From: Thermodesulfobacteriota bacterium | Lineage (GTDB): Bacteria > Desulfobacterota > RBG-13-43-22 | DNA: 64,000 nucleotides | NCBI GenBank assembly: GCA_040755035.1 | Contig: JBFMBU010000030.1 | Location: forward strand, 41,045-105,044 | Direction of reading: 5' to 3' | Shown here: piece by piece, positions 1 to 8,941 of the stretch | Layout of the letters: the number at the start of each line of letters is the position of its first letter | How positions within the stretch are numbered: the stretch's first letter is position 1 | Notes under the pieces: model-generated | What the model saw: the letters and a program-made list of their open reading frames with translations, nothing else | Told to the model about the DNA's origin: nothing | The model's database searches: none | Made by a program: the position numbers and the translations under genes

Positions 1-2187
1 GTTATCGCCAAGGAGCACAGCACCCATACCCTCGATACCGCCATCTTTTTCATGGATATGCGAACCTATGGAAAGGATTTTGAAAAATACTACAACCGGG
101 CCGAACAGGAACGGGGGATCCGTTTTGTCCGATCGCGCATCCATTCCATCGACCCCCTCCCTGAAAATGATAATCTTCTGATTCAATACGTAACGGAAAA
201 AGGGGAAGTCCTGCAAGAAGAATTTGATATGGTGGTCCTTTCCGTCGGATTGGAAACCGCACCGGAAGCCATTGCCCTGGCGGAAAAATTGGGCGTACCC
301 CTGGACAAAAATAATTTTGCCCGGGTCAGCAGTTTTTCACCGGTGACCACGGAAACCCCGGGGATTTACGCCTGTGGGGCCTTTGATGGACCCAAGGACA
401 TCCCTCAGGCGGTTATGGAGGCTTCAGCCGTTGCTTGCGCCGCTACCGAATCCCTGGCCGAGGCCAGAGGTCAACTCATCCGTCAGCAGGAGCTCCCTCC
501 GGAAATCGATGTTACCGGCCAGGAAATCCGGGTCGGGGTCTTTGTCTGCAACTGCGGCATCAATATCGGCGGTGTAGCCGATGTACCGGCTGTCCGGGAA
601 TATGCCCGTTCGTTGCCTCATGTCATCCATGTGGAGGACAACCTTTTTACCTGTTCCCAGGATACCCAGGAAAAAATGAAGGCGGTCATTCAGGAAAAAG
701 GGATCAACCGGGTGGTGGTGGCCTCCTGTTCGCCTCGCACCCACGAACCGCTTTTTCAGCAGACCATTCGGGAAGCGGGATTGAATCCCTATTTATTTGA
801 TATGGCCAACATCCGCGATCAGGACACCTGGGTCCACCAGGGAGATCATGAAGCGGCTACGGCCAAGGCCAAAGATCTGGTGCGCATGTCCGTGGCCCGG
901 GTTACCCTGCTTGAACCTTTGCATAAGGTCTCCTTCGGATTGACCAAGTCTGTACTGGTGGTCGGCGGTGGAGTGGCCGGGATGACCGCGGCCTCAAAAC
1001 TGGCCCAGCAGGGTTATCTCATTCATCTGCTGGAAAAAACCGACGCCCTTGGAGGCGTAGCCCTGAAGCTCCGCCATACCTGGAAGGGGGAAGACATCCA
1101 GGCCCATGTCAAAGCATTAGTGGCTGAGGTTACCAACCACCCCGGGATAACCGTCCATTTTAAGACTGAAGTGGTCAAATCTTCCGGCTTCGTCGGAAAT
1201 TTCACCACGATCCTCAACTGTCAAGGACAAACCGAGGAAATCCTGCACGGGGCCGTCATCTTGGCCACCGGCGGTCAGGAGTGGAAACCGGATGTCTATG
1301 CCTACGGCCAGGATCCCCGGATCATGACCGCCCTGGAACTGGACCAAGCTCTGGCCGCCGCTGACGATAGAGTAGCCAAATCCCAAACCGCGGTCTTCAT
1401 TCAGTGTGTCGGCTCCCGTGAGCCGGATCGGCCCTATTGCAGCAAGGTCTGCTGCACCCATAGTGTGGAAAGCGCCTTGAACTTGAAAAAATTAAATCCG
1501 AGCATGGATATTTATATCCTCTACCGGGATATGCGGACCTTCGGCGTTCGGGAGGACCTCTATCGAGAAGCCAGGAACCAGGGGATCTTTTTTATCCGCT
1601 ATGATCCGGAAAACAAACCGGAGGTCCAAACCGAAGGAGGGCATTTAACGGTTACCGTCATCGATCACGTCTTGGGTTTGCCGATAACCCTGACTCCGGA
1701 TTTGCTGACCCTGGCCTCAGCCATAATTCCCAATCCGGTTAAAGAGTTGACCGAGGCCTTCAAGGTCTCCCTGAACAACGAGGGATTCCTGTTGGAAGCC
1801 CATATGAAACTTCGTCCGGTCGATTTTGCCACGGATGGAATCTACCTCTGCGGTCTGGCCCATTATCCCAAACCAATGGACGAAAGCATCGCCCAGGCCC
1901 AGGCCGCTGCCGGAAGGGCTTTAACCCTCCTGGCCAAAGACACGATCAAGGTCGGCGGGGTGGTGGCCGTAGTCCAGGAAGATCTCTGCGCCGTCTGCCT
2001 GACCTGTGTCCGGGTCTGCCCCTTCCGGGTCCCGGTCATCGGCCAGCGGGGAGCGGCCGAGATTGATGTCAGCAAGTGCCAGGGCTGTGGGGTCTGTGTC
2101 TCTGAATGCCCGGCCAAGGCCATCAGTCTCCAACATTTTACGGACAAACAGGTGCTGGCCAAGGTCCAGGCCCTGATTGCGGCCTGA
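1..2187 (+). CDS. hdrA: HdrA-like FAD/FeS heterodisulfide-reductase subunit A family protein (5' end outside window)
   Basis: Open frame from nt 1. C-terminal tandem ferredoxin motifs CAVCLTCVRVCP and CQGCGVCVSECP, GxGxxG-like VVGGGVAGM, and the gene context (mvhD, metV, metF downstream). Confidence 0.8.
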   Translation, partial: VIAKEHSTHTLDTAIFFMDMRTYGKDFEKYYNRAEQERGIRFVRSRIHSIDPLPENDNLLIQYVTEKGEVLQEEFDMVVLSVGLETAPEAIALAEKLGVPLDKNNFARVSSFSPVTTETPGIYACGAFDGPKDIPQAVMEASAVACAATESLAEARGQLIRQQELPPEIDVTGQEIRVGVFVCNCGINIGGVADVPAVREYARSLPHVIHVEDNLFTCSQDTQEKMKAVIQEKGINRVVVASCSPRTHEPLFQQTIREAGLNPYLFDMANIRDQDTWVHQGDHEAATAKAKDLVRMSVARVTLLEPLHKVSFGLTKSVLVVGGGVAGMTAASKLAQQGYLIHLLEKTDALGGVALKLRHTWKGEDIQAHVKALVAEVTNHPGITVHFKTEVVKSSGFVGNFTTILNCQGQTEEILHGAVILATGGQEWKPDVYAYGQDPRIMTALELDQALAAADDRVAKSQTAVFIQCVGSREPDRPYCSKVCCTHSVESALNLKKLNPSMDIYILYRDMRTFGVREDLYREARNQGIFFIRYDPENKPEVQTEGGHLTVTVIDHVLGLPITLTPDLLTLASAIIPNPVKELTEAFKVSLNNEGFLLEAHMKLRPVDFATDGIYLCGLAHYPKPMDESIAQAQAAAGRALTLLAKDTIKVGGVVAVVQEDLCAVCLTCVRVCPFRVPVIGQRGAAEIDVSKCQGCGVCVSECPAKAISLQHFTDKQVLAKVQALIAA

Positions 2188-2190
2188 AAA

Positions 2191-2275
2191 CCGTTCGTCG
2201 TTCAGCGTTCAGCGTTCGGCGACAGACCAGAAATCCGAACACCCTACTCTAACGCCGAACGACGAACAACGAACG
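2191..2275. repeat. Imperfect long inverted repeat with triple tandem heptamer (cgttcag cgttcag cgttcgg) in the hdrA-mvhD intergenic region
   Basis: Left arm ccgttcgtcgttcagcgttcagcgttcggcg, right arm cgccgaacgacgaacaacgaacg, loop of about 30 nt. Flanked by A-runs rather than T-runs, so not a canonical terminator. Confidence 0.5.
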
Positions 2276-2349
2276 AAAAAATCATTATCCCTGGATTCTA
2301 CGAATAGCCAGAGGAGAAAAAAAATAGGGAGATCAAGGAGTAATAAAAC

Positions 2350-2778
2350 ATGTCCCAAGCTTTTGAACCAAGGATCGTGGCCTTTTGTTGTCAATATTGA
2401 GCCTATAGCGCGGCGGACCTGGCAGGTTCGATGCGACTGCAATATCCGACGAATATAAGGGTCATTATGGTTCCCTGCACCGGCCGTGTGGATGTAATAC
2501 ATCTGTTGGAGGCCATTGAGGAAGGTGCCGATGGCGTCTATGTGGCCGGTTGTTTGGAAGGGGACTGCCATTACATCAGCGGCAATCTGAAGGCTCGGAA
2601 GCGGGTGGAAAGGGTTAAGAAGATCCTCTCCGATCTGGGCCTGGAGGCGGAGCGGGTGGAGATGTACAACCTCTCCGCAGCCCAGGGCCCTCGCTTCGCC
2701 GAGATTGCCAGGGAAATGACGGAAAAGATTAAAAACCTGGGACCAAGCCCGGTGAGGGCTACCGCTAAGGCGGCCTAA
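2350..2778 (+). CDS. mvhD: MvhD-like (methyl-viologen-reducing hydrogenase delta subunit family) protein, putative selenoprotein with in-frame TGA (Sec) at 2398-2400
   Basis: The track ORF 2431..2778 aligns to MvhD from its QYPxNVRxI motif. The same frame upstream carries a good RBS (aaggag) and ATG 2350, and encodes MSQAFEPRIVAFCCQY-TGA-AYSAADLAG. That matches the conserved MvhD N-terminus ...FCCNWCSYGGADxAG with the third Cys codon replaced by TGA. Confidence 0.65.
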
Positions 2779-2818
2779 GGGACTGACAGAAGACCGATAC
2801 TGGATAAGGAGGAATACC

Positions 2819-3487
2819 ATGGTAGTGGCTGAACAAAAACCATTGAGTGAAATCCTGGAAATGGTCCAGCCGTATAAAAAAATCCTGGTGGCCGGTTGCA
2901 AGGGCTGTGTGACGGTCTGCAATGCCGGGGGGAAAAAAGAAGTGGAAATACTGGCCGCGGAACTGCGCATCGCTCGAAAAAAAGAAGGGATGGAAGGGGA
3001 TGTCCGGGAAATCACCCTGGAGCGGCAATGCGATCCGGAGTACATGGAACAGTTGGAGGAAGCCATCAGGGACCGGGATGCCGTACTTTCCATCGCCTGC
3101 AGTGTGGGGCCTCAATACATTGCCGGTCGTTTCCTTGATAAAATGGTCTTCCCCGGCCTGAATACCACCTTCATCGGCGGCTCACTGGAACATGGCGTTT
3201 TTGCTGAATTCTGTCAGGCCTGCGGGGCTTGCGGGATTCACAATTTCGGGGGATTATGCCCCATTGCCCGCTGTTCCAAAAGTCTGTTGAATGGTCCCTG
3301 CGGGGGGTCTTCCAGAGGCAAATGCGAGATCAGTAAAGAAGTGGATTGTGTTTGGCAGCTGATTTACGATCGTATGAGCCGTCTGGGGCAAATGGATCGC
3401 TTAACCAGGGTCATCCCCTGTAAGGATTGGACTACCAGCCGTGACGGCGGACCAAGGAAAACCATAAGGGAGGACTTGCGATTATGA
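2819..3487 (+). CDS. MetV-like methylene-THF reductase C-terminal-domain protein (Cys-rich, LNGPCGG motif)
   Basis: CxxC pairs, the LNGPCGGS motif, RBS aaggagg, and an ATGA overlap with metF. Confidence 0.75.
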   Translation: MVVAEQKPLSEILEMVQPYKKILVAGCKGCVTVCNAGGKKEVEILAAELRIARKKEGMEGDVREITLERQCDPEYMEQLEEAIRDRDAVLSIACSVGPQYIAGRFLDKMVFPGLNTTFIGGSLEHGVFAEFCQACGACGIHNFGGLCPIARCSKSLLNGPCGGSSRGKCEISKEVDCVWQLIYDRMSRLGQMDRLTRVIPCKDWTTSRDGGPRKTIREDLRL

Positions 3488-4407
3488 AATCAGGGAGTAA
3501 TTTGGAAAAGGTTCTCAGCGCCGGTCATTTTGCCGTAACCGGCGAATGCGGTCCTCCCAGGGGAGCTAATGCGCATGTGGTCCGGGAAAAAGCGGCCCAT
3601 TTAAAAGGGATTGTTGATTCGGTCAATATGACCGATAACCAGACGGCCGTAGTCCGTATGTCCAGTATGGCCGGTTGTTTGATTCTTCTCCAGGAGGGGC
3701 TGGAGCCGAACCTGCAGATGGTGGTCCGCGACCGGAACCGGATCGGCCTCCAAAGCGATATCCTGGGGGCATATGCCCTGGGAATTCGCAATATGCTTTG
3801 CCTCTCCGGCGACCACCAGAAATTCGGAGACCATCCTTCATCGAAAAATGTCTTTGATCTGGACTCCATGCAGTTGATTCAAACCGTTTACCGGATGCGG
3901 GAAGAGGGCAAGTTCATCAACGGTCAGGAAATCGATACTCCGCCGAAAATGTTCATCGGCGCGGCCGCTAACCCCTTTGCCGATCCGGCCGAATTCCGGG
4001 CCGTACGTCTGGGGAAAAAAGCAGCCTCCGGCGTCGATTTTGTACAAACCCAGTGCATCTTTAATCTGGACCGCTTTGAAAGATTTATGCAGCAGGTCAG
4101 AGACCTGGGGCTGGATGAAAAAGTATATATCCTGGGCGGGGTTACCCCGATGAAATCGGTCGGTATGGCCAATTATATGAAAAACCTGGTGCCGGGCATG
4201 GATGTGCCGGATGAGGTCATCAACCGCATGAAAGGCGTGGCCAAAAAAGATCAGGCCAAAGAAGGGATCGCCATCGCTGTGGAAACCATCCAACGACTGA
4301 AGGAGATGAAGGGGATCGCCGGGGTCCATATCATGGCCATCGAATGGGAGGAAAGGGTGCCGGAAATCACAGAAATGGCCGGGTTGCTTCCCAGACCCAA
4401 GGTATAA
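3484..4407 (+). CDS. metF: 5,10-methylenetetrahydrofolate reductase MetF
   Basis: Length 307 aa, MTHFR-like sequence, translationally coupled to the MetV-like gene. Confidence 0.85.
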   Translation: MKSGSNLEKVLSAGHFAVTGECGPPRGANAHVVREKAAHLKGIVDSVNMTDNQTAVVRMSSMAGCLILLQEGLEPNLQMVVRDRNRIGLQSDILGAYALGIRNMLCLSGDHQKFGDHPSSKNVFDLDSMQLIQTVYRMREEGKFINGQEIDTPPKMFIGAAANPFADPAEFRAVRLGKKAASGVDFVQTQCIFNLDRFERFMQQVRDLGLDEKVYILGGVTPMKSVGMANYMKNLVPGMDVPDEVINRMKGVAKKDQAKEGIAIAVETIQRLKEMKGIAGVHIMAIEWEERVPEITEMAGLLPRPKV

Positions 4408-4510
4408 TTTCGGAGGTTAGATTCCGGATTGCGGAATTAAAAATCGAAAATGCGTTGTGTCGGATATCAGGAAACCATTCTTGTAAACTAAACCGAGGTC
4501 CATAAAGAAC

Positions 4511-4540
4511 AAAAAAGCCGCCCGTAGGCGGCTTTTTTTT
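4511..4540. terminator. Bidirectional rho-independent terminator between metF (+) and cpoB (-)
   Basis: aaaaaa-GCCGCC-cgta-GGCGGC-tttttttt, a perfect 6-bp GC stem flanked by an A-run and a T-run. Confidence 0.7.
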
Positions 4541-4561
4541 CTTAGGAGGTCCGGGGGACGG

Positions 4562-5434
4562 CTACAGGGTTTTAATTTTCTGTTTGGCCTGTTTGGCCTG
4601 ATTGGATTTGGGGTATTCCTTAATGATTTTTTCCAGAAGCAAGCGGGCGCTGCCCTCATCTTTCAAACGTAAAAAGGACAAGGCTTGCTTAAACAAGGCC
4701 TCGGGAATCCATTTGCTTTTCGGATAGGACTTGATCAGTTTCTGGTAGGTGAGAATGGCCTCCTCCGATTCTTTCAGGCCATAAAGCGATTCACCGAGTC
4801 CAAATTGGGCCTCTTCAAGGTGCTTGCCCTTGGGGGCAGTCTTCAAATATTCTTCAAATTTTTTTCTGGCCCCCTCATAGGCCTGTTTTTTCAACAAGGC
4901 CTGGCCGGCTTCGAAAGTATCTTCTGCCGTCATCTTGACCGGCTCTTTTATTTCTTTGGGTTCTTCTTTGGTTTCCCGAGCGGTTTCTTTAGCTTTTTCC
5001 GGTTTGGGTCCCCCCTCTGTCGGAGAGGCCGGGGGAGCGGGGGGCTTCTCCAGTTTCTGCAGCCGGGCTTGTAATTCCTTTATTTCCTTGGCAATAGATT
5101 CACTGTATTGGGCTTGTTCTTTTTTTTGCTGGTGTTCCAGGGCCTCAATACGTCCCTGAAGTATCTGGAGTTGTACCTTCAGGGCTTCCTGCTGAGAAGT
5201 GGTGTTGGCCTGGTTTTGGAGGACCGGTTGTAGTTGGACCCCCACCCTTTTTTCCATTTGTTCCATGCGCTTGGACAAGGAAGCGTTATTTTCTTCAGTG
5301 GTTTCTTTGACCTGGTACATCGTCCTTTCCAGGCTCGAGGTCCTGTTGGCCAGGATGATGATATCCTCCCGGGCGGCACAGCCGAAAAGAAAAAGAAGCA
5401 CCCCTGTGCCAAGCAACCCGATTACTTTTTTCAC
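4562..5434 (-). CDS. cpoB: Tol-Pal system protein CpoB/YbgF (coiled-coil plus C-terminal TPR)
   Basis: Signal peptide, Q/E/K-rich coiled coil, C-terminal TPR-like YxKLIKxYPKS repeats, last gene of the tol-pal order. Confidence 0.7.
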   Translation of the reverse strand: MKKVIGLLGTGVLLFLFGCAAREDIIILANRTSSLERTMYQVKETTEENNASLSKRMEQMEKRVGVQLQPVLQNQANTTSQQEALKVQLQILQGRIEALEHQQKKEQAQYSESIAKEIKELQARLQKLEKPPAPPASPTEGGPKPEKAKETARETKEEPKEIKEPVKMTAEDTFEAGQALLKKQAYEGARKKFEEYLKTAPKGKHLEEAQFGLGESLYGLKESEEAILTYQKLIKSYPKSKWIPEALFKQALSFLRLKDEGSARLLLEKIIKEYPKSNQAKQAKQKIKTL

Positions 5435-5530
5435 GCTCCGCTCTCCTTCAAATATAATAAAATCTTCCTTGCCTGACTAAGGCCGGTTTCATCATCTGGT
5501 CCCTTCAACCCTCAGTCCTTTCCCGGATGG

Positions 5531-6121
5531 TCACTTCAACACAAAATGAGCCCGGCGGTTTTTAGTCCAGGCTTCCTCGCTCGACCTTGAATCCAGGGGT
5601 TTTTCTTTCCCGAAGCTGATGGTCGAAAGCCGTTCGGCGTTGATGCCCAGGGATACCATATATTGCATAACCGCATCAGCCCTTTTTTGCCCCAGGGCCA
5701 GGTTGTATTCGGCGCTTCCCCTTTCATCACAATGACCTTCAATCAGGGCCTTGGCCCCCGGGAACTGCTTCATCCACTGCGCCTTTTTGTCCAGATTTTT
5801 TTTGGCCTCATCGGAAAGGATATACTGGTCGAATTCAAAATAGACATCTTCGGATTCAAATCGGGCTTTATCCGAGGCCGTCTTCAATCGTCGGGCTTCT
5901 TCTTCCCGCAAAGCCTTTTCCCTTAATTCCTGTTCAGAAAGTTCCTGCTCCTTTATCCGGACCCTTTTTTTGGCCTTTTCCGCCTCCTCGTCAACTGAGG
6001 CAGGAGGTTTGGAAACAATACCCTGGCTCTTGATTTCTTTTTTACTGCAGGATAAAAGAAACATTCCCATGAGGAAGCATATAAGAATCCCCACTCCTAC
6101 CCCTGTTTTTTTACCATTCAC
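5531..6121 (-). CDS. pal: Peptidoglycan-associated lipoprotein Pal (OmpA-like C-terminal domain)
   Basis: Lipobox LLSC with a KK n-region if a GTG start at about 6121 is used (the track ATG at 6181 would put 37 aa before the signal peptide). OmpA-like motif GHCDERGSAEYNLALGQKRA. Confidence 0.8.
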   Translation of the reverse strand: MNGKKTGVGVGILICFLMGMFLLSCSKKEIKSQGIVSKPPASVDEEAEKAKKRVRIKEQELSEQELREKALREEEARRLKTASDKARFESEDVYFEFDQYILSDEAKKNLDKKAQWMKQFPGAKALIEGHCDERGSAEYNLALGQKRADAVMQYMVSLGINAERLSTISFGKEKPLDSRSSEEAWTKNRRAHFVLK

Positions 6122-6371
6122 CGTGCCTTCCTCCTTCTGAAAAAAGAATTTCCAACTCGAATCCCGATCAGGAAAAGCCATAGGTCCCTGTGGTCATGAT
6201 TACTCTTTAAAAAATCCTGTGGCCTAACAGGCTAAACCGTACACCTTTAAGATGATTTTTTCAACCCTTTTGACTTCTTGACTCCTTCCCAATTTTCTTC
6301 TCCATCACCTACATAATCGGCAAGGGCTTCGGTCCAAGCCATCGCCTATCGTAACGCATGATGCCCAGGGT

Positions 6372-7679
6372 TCATTTAGGTCCCCAGGAAGGACTGGTTT
6401 GTTCCCCCGGCTGGGAAGTAATCCTCCTTTGATTGGCCCCATTGGCATTCATAACAAAAATGGCCGATTTGCCCTGTCGGGTGGAGCTAAAGGCGATCAT
6501 CCAACCCTCCGGGGAAAAAGCAGGGGATTCATTGTTGCCCTGCTGGGTCAATCTTTGCGGCTCCCCTCCGGCAGGGGAAATGGTATAGATCTGAAACTGC
6601 CCCCCCGTCTTTCCGGCATAGGCAATCAGGTTCCCCTTTGGAGACCATACCGGACCGACGTTATATGTACCCTGGAAGGTCAATCGCCGCACTTCACGCG
6701 TATTCACATTAAGGATGTAAATTTGGGGGCTGCCGGAGCGGTTGGAGACAAAGGCCAACTGTCGGCCGTCCGGGGACCAGGCCGGGGAGACATCAATCCC
6801 CCAACTCTGGGTCAGTGTACTTAGTAGGGTCCCACTGCGGTTCAGTTGCAGGATCTGGGAATTGCCTTTGTGGTTTACTGCCAGGGCCAGGGATTCCCCA
6901 TTGGGATGCCAGGCCGGTGTGATATTAACTCCGGGCCGGTTGGAAATTCGACGCGATTGGTGATTGGGTAGGCTTAACAGGTACAAAGCCGGGGTACCGT
7001 CCTTATAGGAGGTGTAGGCGATCTCGTTCCCGAGAGGAGACCATCGAGGCGTAAGGGTGATGGAATTATGGTCGGTTGCTTGTTTGGAATTGGTCCCGTC
7101 AAAGTCGGAAATAAAAATTTCCTTATTGCCGCCGGAGGTGGAGATAAAGGTCAAGCGGGTTTGAAAAGGTCCGTGTTCCCCGGTAAGCAGAAAAAGGATT
7201 TCATCGGCAAAACGATGGACAGCCGCCGTATAATCCTTGGGAGCGACACGATATTCCCGACCCAGGATCATCTTTCCTTGAAGCAGATCAAAAAGTCGGA
7301 ACTCCAGGGTCGTTTGGGATACCTCGGAACGATAGGAACCCTTGACCAGCAAATCGGCCCCGGTCAGGGTCCAGGCGTTAAAATCAACGGTCCCCGGCTC
7401 CTCCGGCCGCCCCAGAAAACCCTTGGGGTCTATGATTTGAAAATATCCGGTAAAATCCAGGTCCCGCGTTAACAGGGCCGTCGCAGCAGTTCCCAGACCG
7501 GTTTCTCCGCTTCCCAGGTTTATTAATTCCGGGACTACGATCGGTATTTTTTTGGCCGTAGGAGAATCGATGTCTAAATAGACCCTGGCCCAGAGGGGGT
7601 TTTTTGCCGTCAGCAAAACAAAAATGAGGGCTAAGGAAAAAAAGATGGAAAAAATTGGCATTCGGATGGCTTTAGTCAT
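6372..7679 (-). CDS. tolB: TolB periplasmic beta-propeller protein
   Basis: Length 435 aa, signal peptide, repeated WSPDG/PxxSPDG propeller motifs. Confidence 0.9.
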   Translation of the reverse strand: MTKAIRMPIFSIFFSLALIFVLLTAKNPLWARVYLDIDSPTAKKIPIVVPELINLGSGETGLGTAATALLTRDLDFTGYFQIIDPKGFLGRPEEPGTVDFNAWTLTGADLLVKGSYRSEVSQTTLEFRLFDLLQGKMILGREYRVAPKDYTAAVHRFADEILFLLTGEHGPFQTRLTFISTSGGNKEIFISDFDGTNSKQATDHNSITLTPRWSPLGNEIAYTSYKDGTPALYLLSLPNHQSRRISNRPGVNITPAWHPNGESLALAVNHKGNSQILQLNRSGTLLSTLTQSWGIDVSPAWSPDGRQLAFVSNRSGSPQIYILNVNTREVRRLTFQGTYNVGPVWSPKGNLIAYAGKTGGQFQIYTISPAGGEPQRLTQQGNNESPAFSPEGWMIAFSSTRQGKSAIFVMNANGANQRRITSQPGEQTSPSWGPK

Positions 7680-8522
7680 TTAATTACCAGACAGTTCCTT
7701 GGAATAAAAGGTTAAAAAGATTTCGTGACTCCTTCTGGGATATCCCTCGGGTAAGGGAGGTAAAGGGTCGGATTTTTTTAAGGTCCGAAGCACCTCCTGA
7801 TCGAAGGCTTCAACACCCGATTTCCGTTCAAAGCGGGTATCTTCAATGCGACCGTTACGGCCGACCAGGATCATCACCACGGCCGAAATATCTTTCCGTT
7901 TCAGCAAACCTTCGGGCAAGACCCAGTTTCTTTTTATCCTGCTCAGCAGCGAGGCATAATAAAGCTGAAATTGAATCCCTGTCCCCTCCTGCCCCCCCCC
8001 GGAAGAGGAGGACACGTCCCCGGAAGCCAGGCCGCCTTTTCCCTGACCGGAGGTCAAAGCGGCCTTTTTTTTCTGTTCCAAATCGGACAGGGTCCTTTCC
8101 AGGGTTTGTTCGCGGGTTATCCGGTCTTCCATACGAGACAGGGTTTTTTCAAGATTTTTTTCCTGTTGGACTTTTTTTTTAATTTTCTCCAGTGCCTGAT
8201 CCAGGGATTTGGTGGGGTCTTCTTTGACCGGAAGCGATTTTTCAGCCGGCGGCCGGGGAAGCGTAATGGGGTTGGGCTTGGTCGGGGGTGCAGGAAGGGA
8301 GGTTTCCGCTTTTGGCGCACCACCGGCAGGACCGCCGGCGGGCAGAGAGACCAAATCGACCACATAAGTGGGTTCAATTCTATGGATGGCCCCGCCTCGG
8401 GGAAAAACATTCAAAAAAAAAGCCAGGGCCAGAAGGTGCAGGCCGAGAGAAATTACGACCATCCTGGACCATTGCTTCTCCCAGGAAGGTTCTTTCCAGG
8501 AGGACAAGACCTTGGCGCTCAT
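7680..8522 (-). CDS. tolA: TolA (TonB/TolA-family energy transducer)
   Basis: N-terminal TM, Pro-rich linker, K/E-rich helix, TonB/TolA-like C-terminal domain; positioned between tolR and tolB. Confidence 0.7.
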   Translation of the reverse strand: MSAKVLSSWKEPSWEKQWSRMVVISLGLHLLALAFFLNVFPRGGAIHRIEPTYVVDLVSLPAGGPAGGAPKAETSLPAPPTKPNPITLPRPPAEKSLPVKEDPTKSLDQALEKIKKKVQQEKNLEKTLSRMEDRITREQTLERTLSDLEQKKKAALTSGQGKGGLASGDVSSSSGGGQEGTGIQFQLYYASLLSRIKRNWVLPEGLLKRKDISAVVMILVGRNGRIEDTRFERKSGVEAFDQEVLRTLKKSDPLPPLPEGYPRRSHEIFLTFYSKELSGN

Positions 8523-8932
8523 TTTTTTTCTTCGCCTGATTCGGTTACCATCCCCAATTTTTCGATACCTGCGCCTTTTATATCCCCCATGACCTGTACC
8601 ACAAACCCATAGGGAAGGGACCGGTCGGCGCGCAGGAAGACCTCCCCTTCTTTTTTATTCTGATACAAAATTTTTAATTTTTCCCTAAGCTCCTCTCGAC
8701 TGACCCGGTATTGGTCTATAAAAATTTCCTGTTTCTTGTTCAGGGTGATCACCAACCGTTCCTCTTGCGAGGGAATGGCCTTGGCCTGGGTTTGGGGGAG
8801 TTGGACATCCATACCCTGCATCATCATCGGGGCCGCCACCATGAAAATGATCAGCAAGACCAACATGACGTCCACCAGGGGCGTCACGTTGATTTCCGAC
8901 ATTAATTTTCTGTCACCGCCGCCGACATCCAT
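8519..8932 (-). CDS. tolR: TolR (ExbD/TolR family)
   Basis: Length 137 aa, single TM, ExbD-like; 4-nt overlap with tolA. Confidence 0.85.
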   Translation of the reverse strand: MDVGGGDRKLMSEINVTPLVDVMLVLLIIFMVAAPMMMQGMDVQLPQTQAKAIPSQEERLVITLNKKQEIFIDQYRVSREELREKLKILYQNKKEGEVFLRADRSLPYGFVVQVMGDIKGAGIEKLGMVTESGEEKK

Positions 8933-8941
8933 CTTTTTCCC

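Noticed and set aside
424-1461. Multiple antisense or overlapping ORFs inside hdrA (same pattern inside ileS, the kinases and other large genes throughout the window)
   Set aside because: GC-rich genes generate long spurious ORFs on other frames; none has independent support such as an RBS or motifs.
2401-2460. Candidate SECIS hairpin downstream of the mvhD TGA
   Set aside because: I could not fold a convincing stem-loop with the expected apical G/U features by eye, so it is left as a required check rather than a feature.
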